Positions 60,856 to 64,000 of a stretch of DNA of 64,000 nucleotides are shown piece after piece. This DNA comes from Tubulanus polymorphus (Eukaryota; Animalia; Nemertea), in the NCBI RefSeq assembly GCF_964204645.1, contig NC_134028.1, positions 23,742,345-23,806,344 on the forward strand, read 5' to 3'. Below the pieces are notes generated by a model. It saw only the letters and a program-made list of their open reading frames with translations. It had not been told where the DNA came from and made no database searches. Made by a program: the position numbers and the translations under genes. Positions within the stretch are counted from its first letter, which is position 1; each line of letters opens with the position of its first letter.

Positions 60856-61406
60856 CTTGCCAACCTAAAAGACCACATTCGACGCCCGAAATACCGATTT
60901 GCTATAAAAGGTTACTTGCTCAAAATATCAAGCTGCGACACCCATTTCATATAGAAATAATGAATTGATAAGGTATTGTTTGTAGGGAATATAATTGGTT
61001 AGTATTTCAATAGATACAACTCACCTATGGTGGTTTCATCAAAAAATGTTAATTTTTTTGGTATTTTTTCCTAATTTTCGAATTAGTACCTTAATAGCAG
61101 TATTATCAATCTTAATCTTGTTTATGTGTTTAAATGCAATTTTTTTGTTTTTGTTTTCTTGCAGTAAACGTGTGCCAATAAATATAAATTGAATTGAGAT
61201 CGAACCGGAAGTATCAGCAGCTAATTGGATGCGCAATTGGTGTTTGTTTTGGAGGCTGTTTGCGCAGTTCATTGTTATTGACCACGCTGCTGACAGCGCC
61301 GCGCTGACAGTACTCTCACATGCACACCTCGAGCTAGCTAGCTGGAAATGAGTAATAAATCGAAAACGACTCGTCTATTAGTTGGTGCACCACGACGAGC
61401 AGTGGC
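60856..61406. promoter_or_regulatory. Bidirectional promoter region AIMP2/USP22
   Basis: Divergent ATGs ~550 bp apart; YY1-like CAAGATGGCG at the AIMP2 start; ETS-like ACCGGAAGT near 61204. Confidence 0.55.

Positions 61407-64000
<2,594 letters not shown>

Overview
This is AT-rich, intron-containing animal DNA, most likely from a marine invertebrate such as a lophotrochozoan (inferred from gene content). From 1 to 26 kb it carries glyco- and defence-type genes: a GT32 DXD glycosyltransferase, a small secreted protein made only of integrin-beta I-EGF4 plus the beta-tail domain, an IL-17-like cytokine, a GT31 beta-1,3-galactosyltransferase, and a secreted dermatopontin-repeat protein fused to an apparent aerolysin/ETX-type pore-forming domain. 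From 26.6 to 58 kb there is a tandem array of seven F-type lectin + PAN/apple genes with varied sugar-binding residues, one of them a pseudogene. The array includes a near-identical ~10.1 kb duplication and nested mobile DNA: a CACTA/EnSpm-like element containing a LINE, a pol-less LTR element with a zinc-knuckle ORF, and several MITEs. Short Penelope-type insertions carrying minimal hammerhead ribozymes lie in intron 1 of two defence genes. The window ends with head-to-head AIMP2 and USP22. All gene models were spliced by eye and family calls rest on motif recognition; no searches were run.
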